DNA of 32,824 nt from Phoronis australis. Taxonomy: Eukaryota; Animalia; Phoronida. Made by a program: the position numbers and the translations under genes. Each line of letters starts with the position of its first letter. Position 1 is the stretch's first letter. Below, piece by piece: positions 32,490-32,824 of the stretch. Location: positions 12,079 through 44,902 of the forward strand of contig NMRA01000635.1 in the NCBI GenBank assembly GCA_002633005.1, read 5' to 3'. The notes below the pieces were generated by a model. That model worked only from the letters and a program-made list of their open reading frames with translations, was not told the DNA's origin and ran no database searches.

Positions 32490-32824
32490 AGGTCAATGTA
32501 ACATACTTAAATTGCCACTAGAGGCATACCGGTAGTCAGAATCATCCTAAAGTCGTCATCCTCCGTTGTCAACATCACATAAATACACTTGCTAAATTTA
32601 GTAGAGATCCTGCAAACGGTTTGGGAGATACAGCCATGGGCGCAAAAAAAAAACTGCCACTAGGAGGCGCCACAGTAATCAAAGTCATGGGAAATTCAGC
32701 GTCAACCGTCCTCTTCATAGTAAGAACATACATGCCAATTTTCACAATCATACAGTGGTTTGGTTGATAGAGGGGTGGACGCCAAAAAACAGACACAAAA
32801 AAAAGTAAAAATGGCCACTGGGTG
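32490..32824. repeat. Interspersed repeat fragment with GCCACTAG(G)AGGC motifs, runs off the window
   Basis: gccactagaggc (~32514), gccactaggaggcgcc (~32656), gccactg (~32814). Confidence 0.45.

Overview
Animal (probably invertebrate) nuclear DNA from a draft scaffold, with one 508-nt gap and nine single-N joins, most flanked by duplicated sequence. In order it holds: (i) four spliced + strand exons of ORC2 (165-3884), with no further ORC2 exons visible; (ii) a Ty3/Gypsy LTR retrotransposon arranged LTR-internal-LTR-internal(partial) (4099-11945), with a probable -1 gag-pol frameshift signal and an integrase whose DDE core is missing and whose HHCC domain runs directly into two C2H2-type zinc fingers; (iii) an orphan MAP2K7-like exon on the - strand that lacks a conserved 11-aa motif; (iv) a full-length but decayed non-LTR retrotransposon (Loa/R1-like: ORF1, APE-RT-RNase H-CCHC) on the - strand (14865-21092); (v) MITE-like and tandem repeats; (vi) the last two coding exons of a receptor-type tyrosine phosphatase (- strand). 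The strongest hidden signal is an HDV-like self-cleaving ribozyme fold at the 5' end of the LINE (21092->20878, - strand), with all core helices, the catalytic C and a ~145-nt J1/2 insertion. Everything was read by eye; no searches were run.
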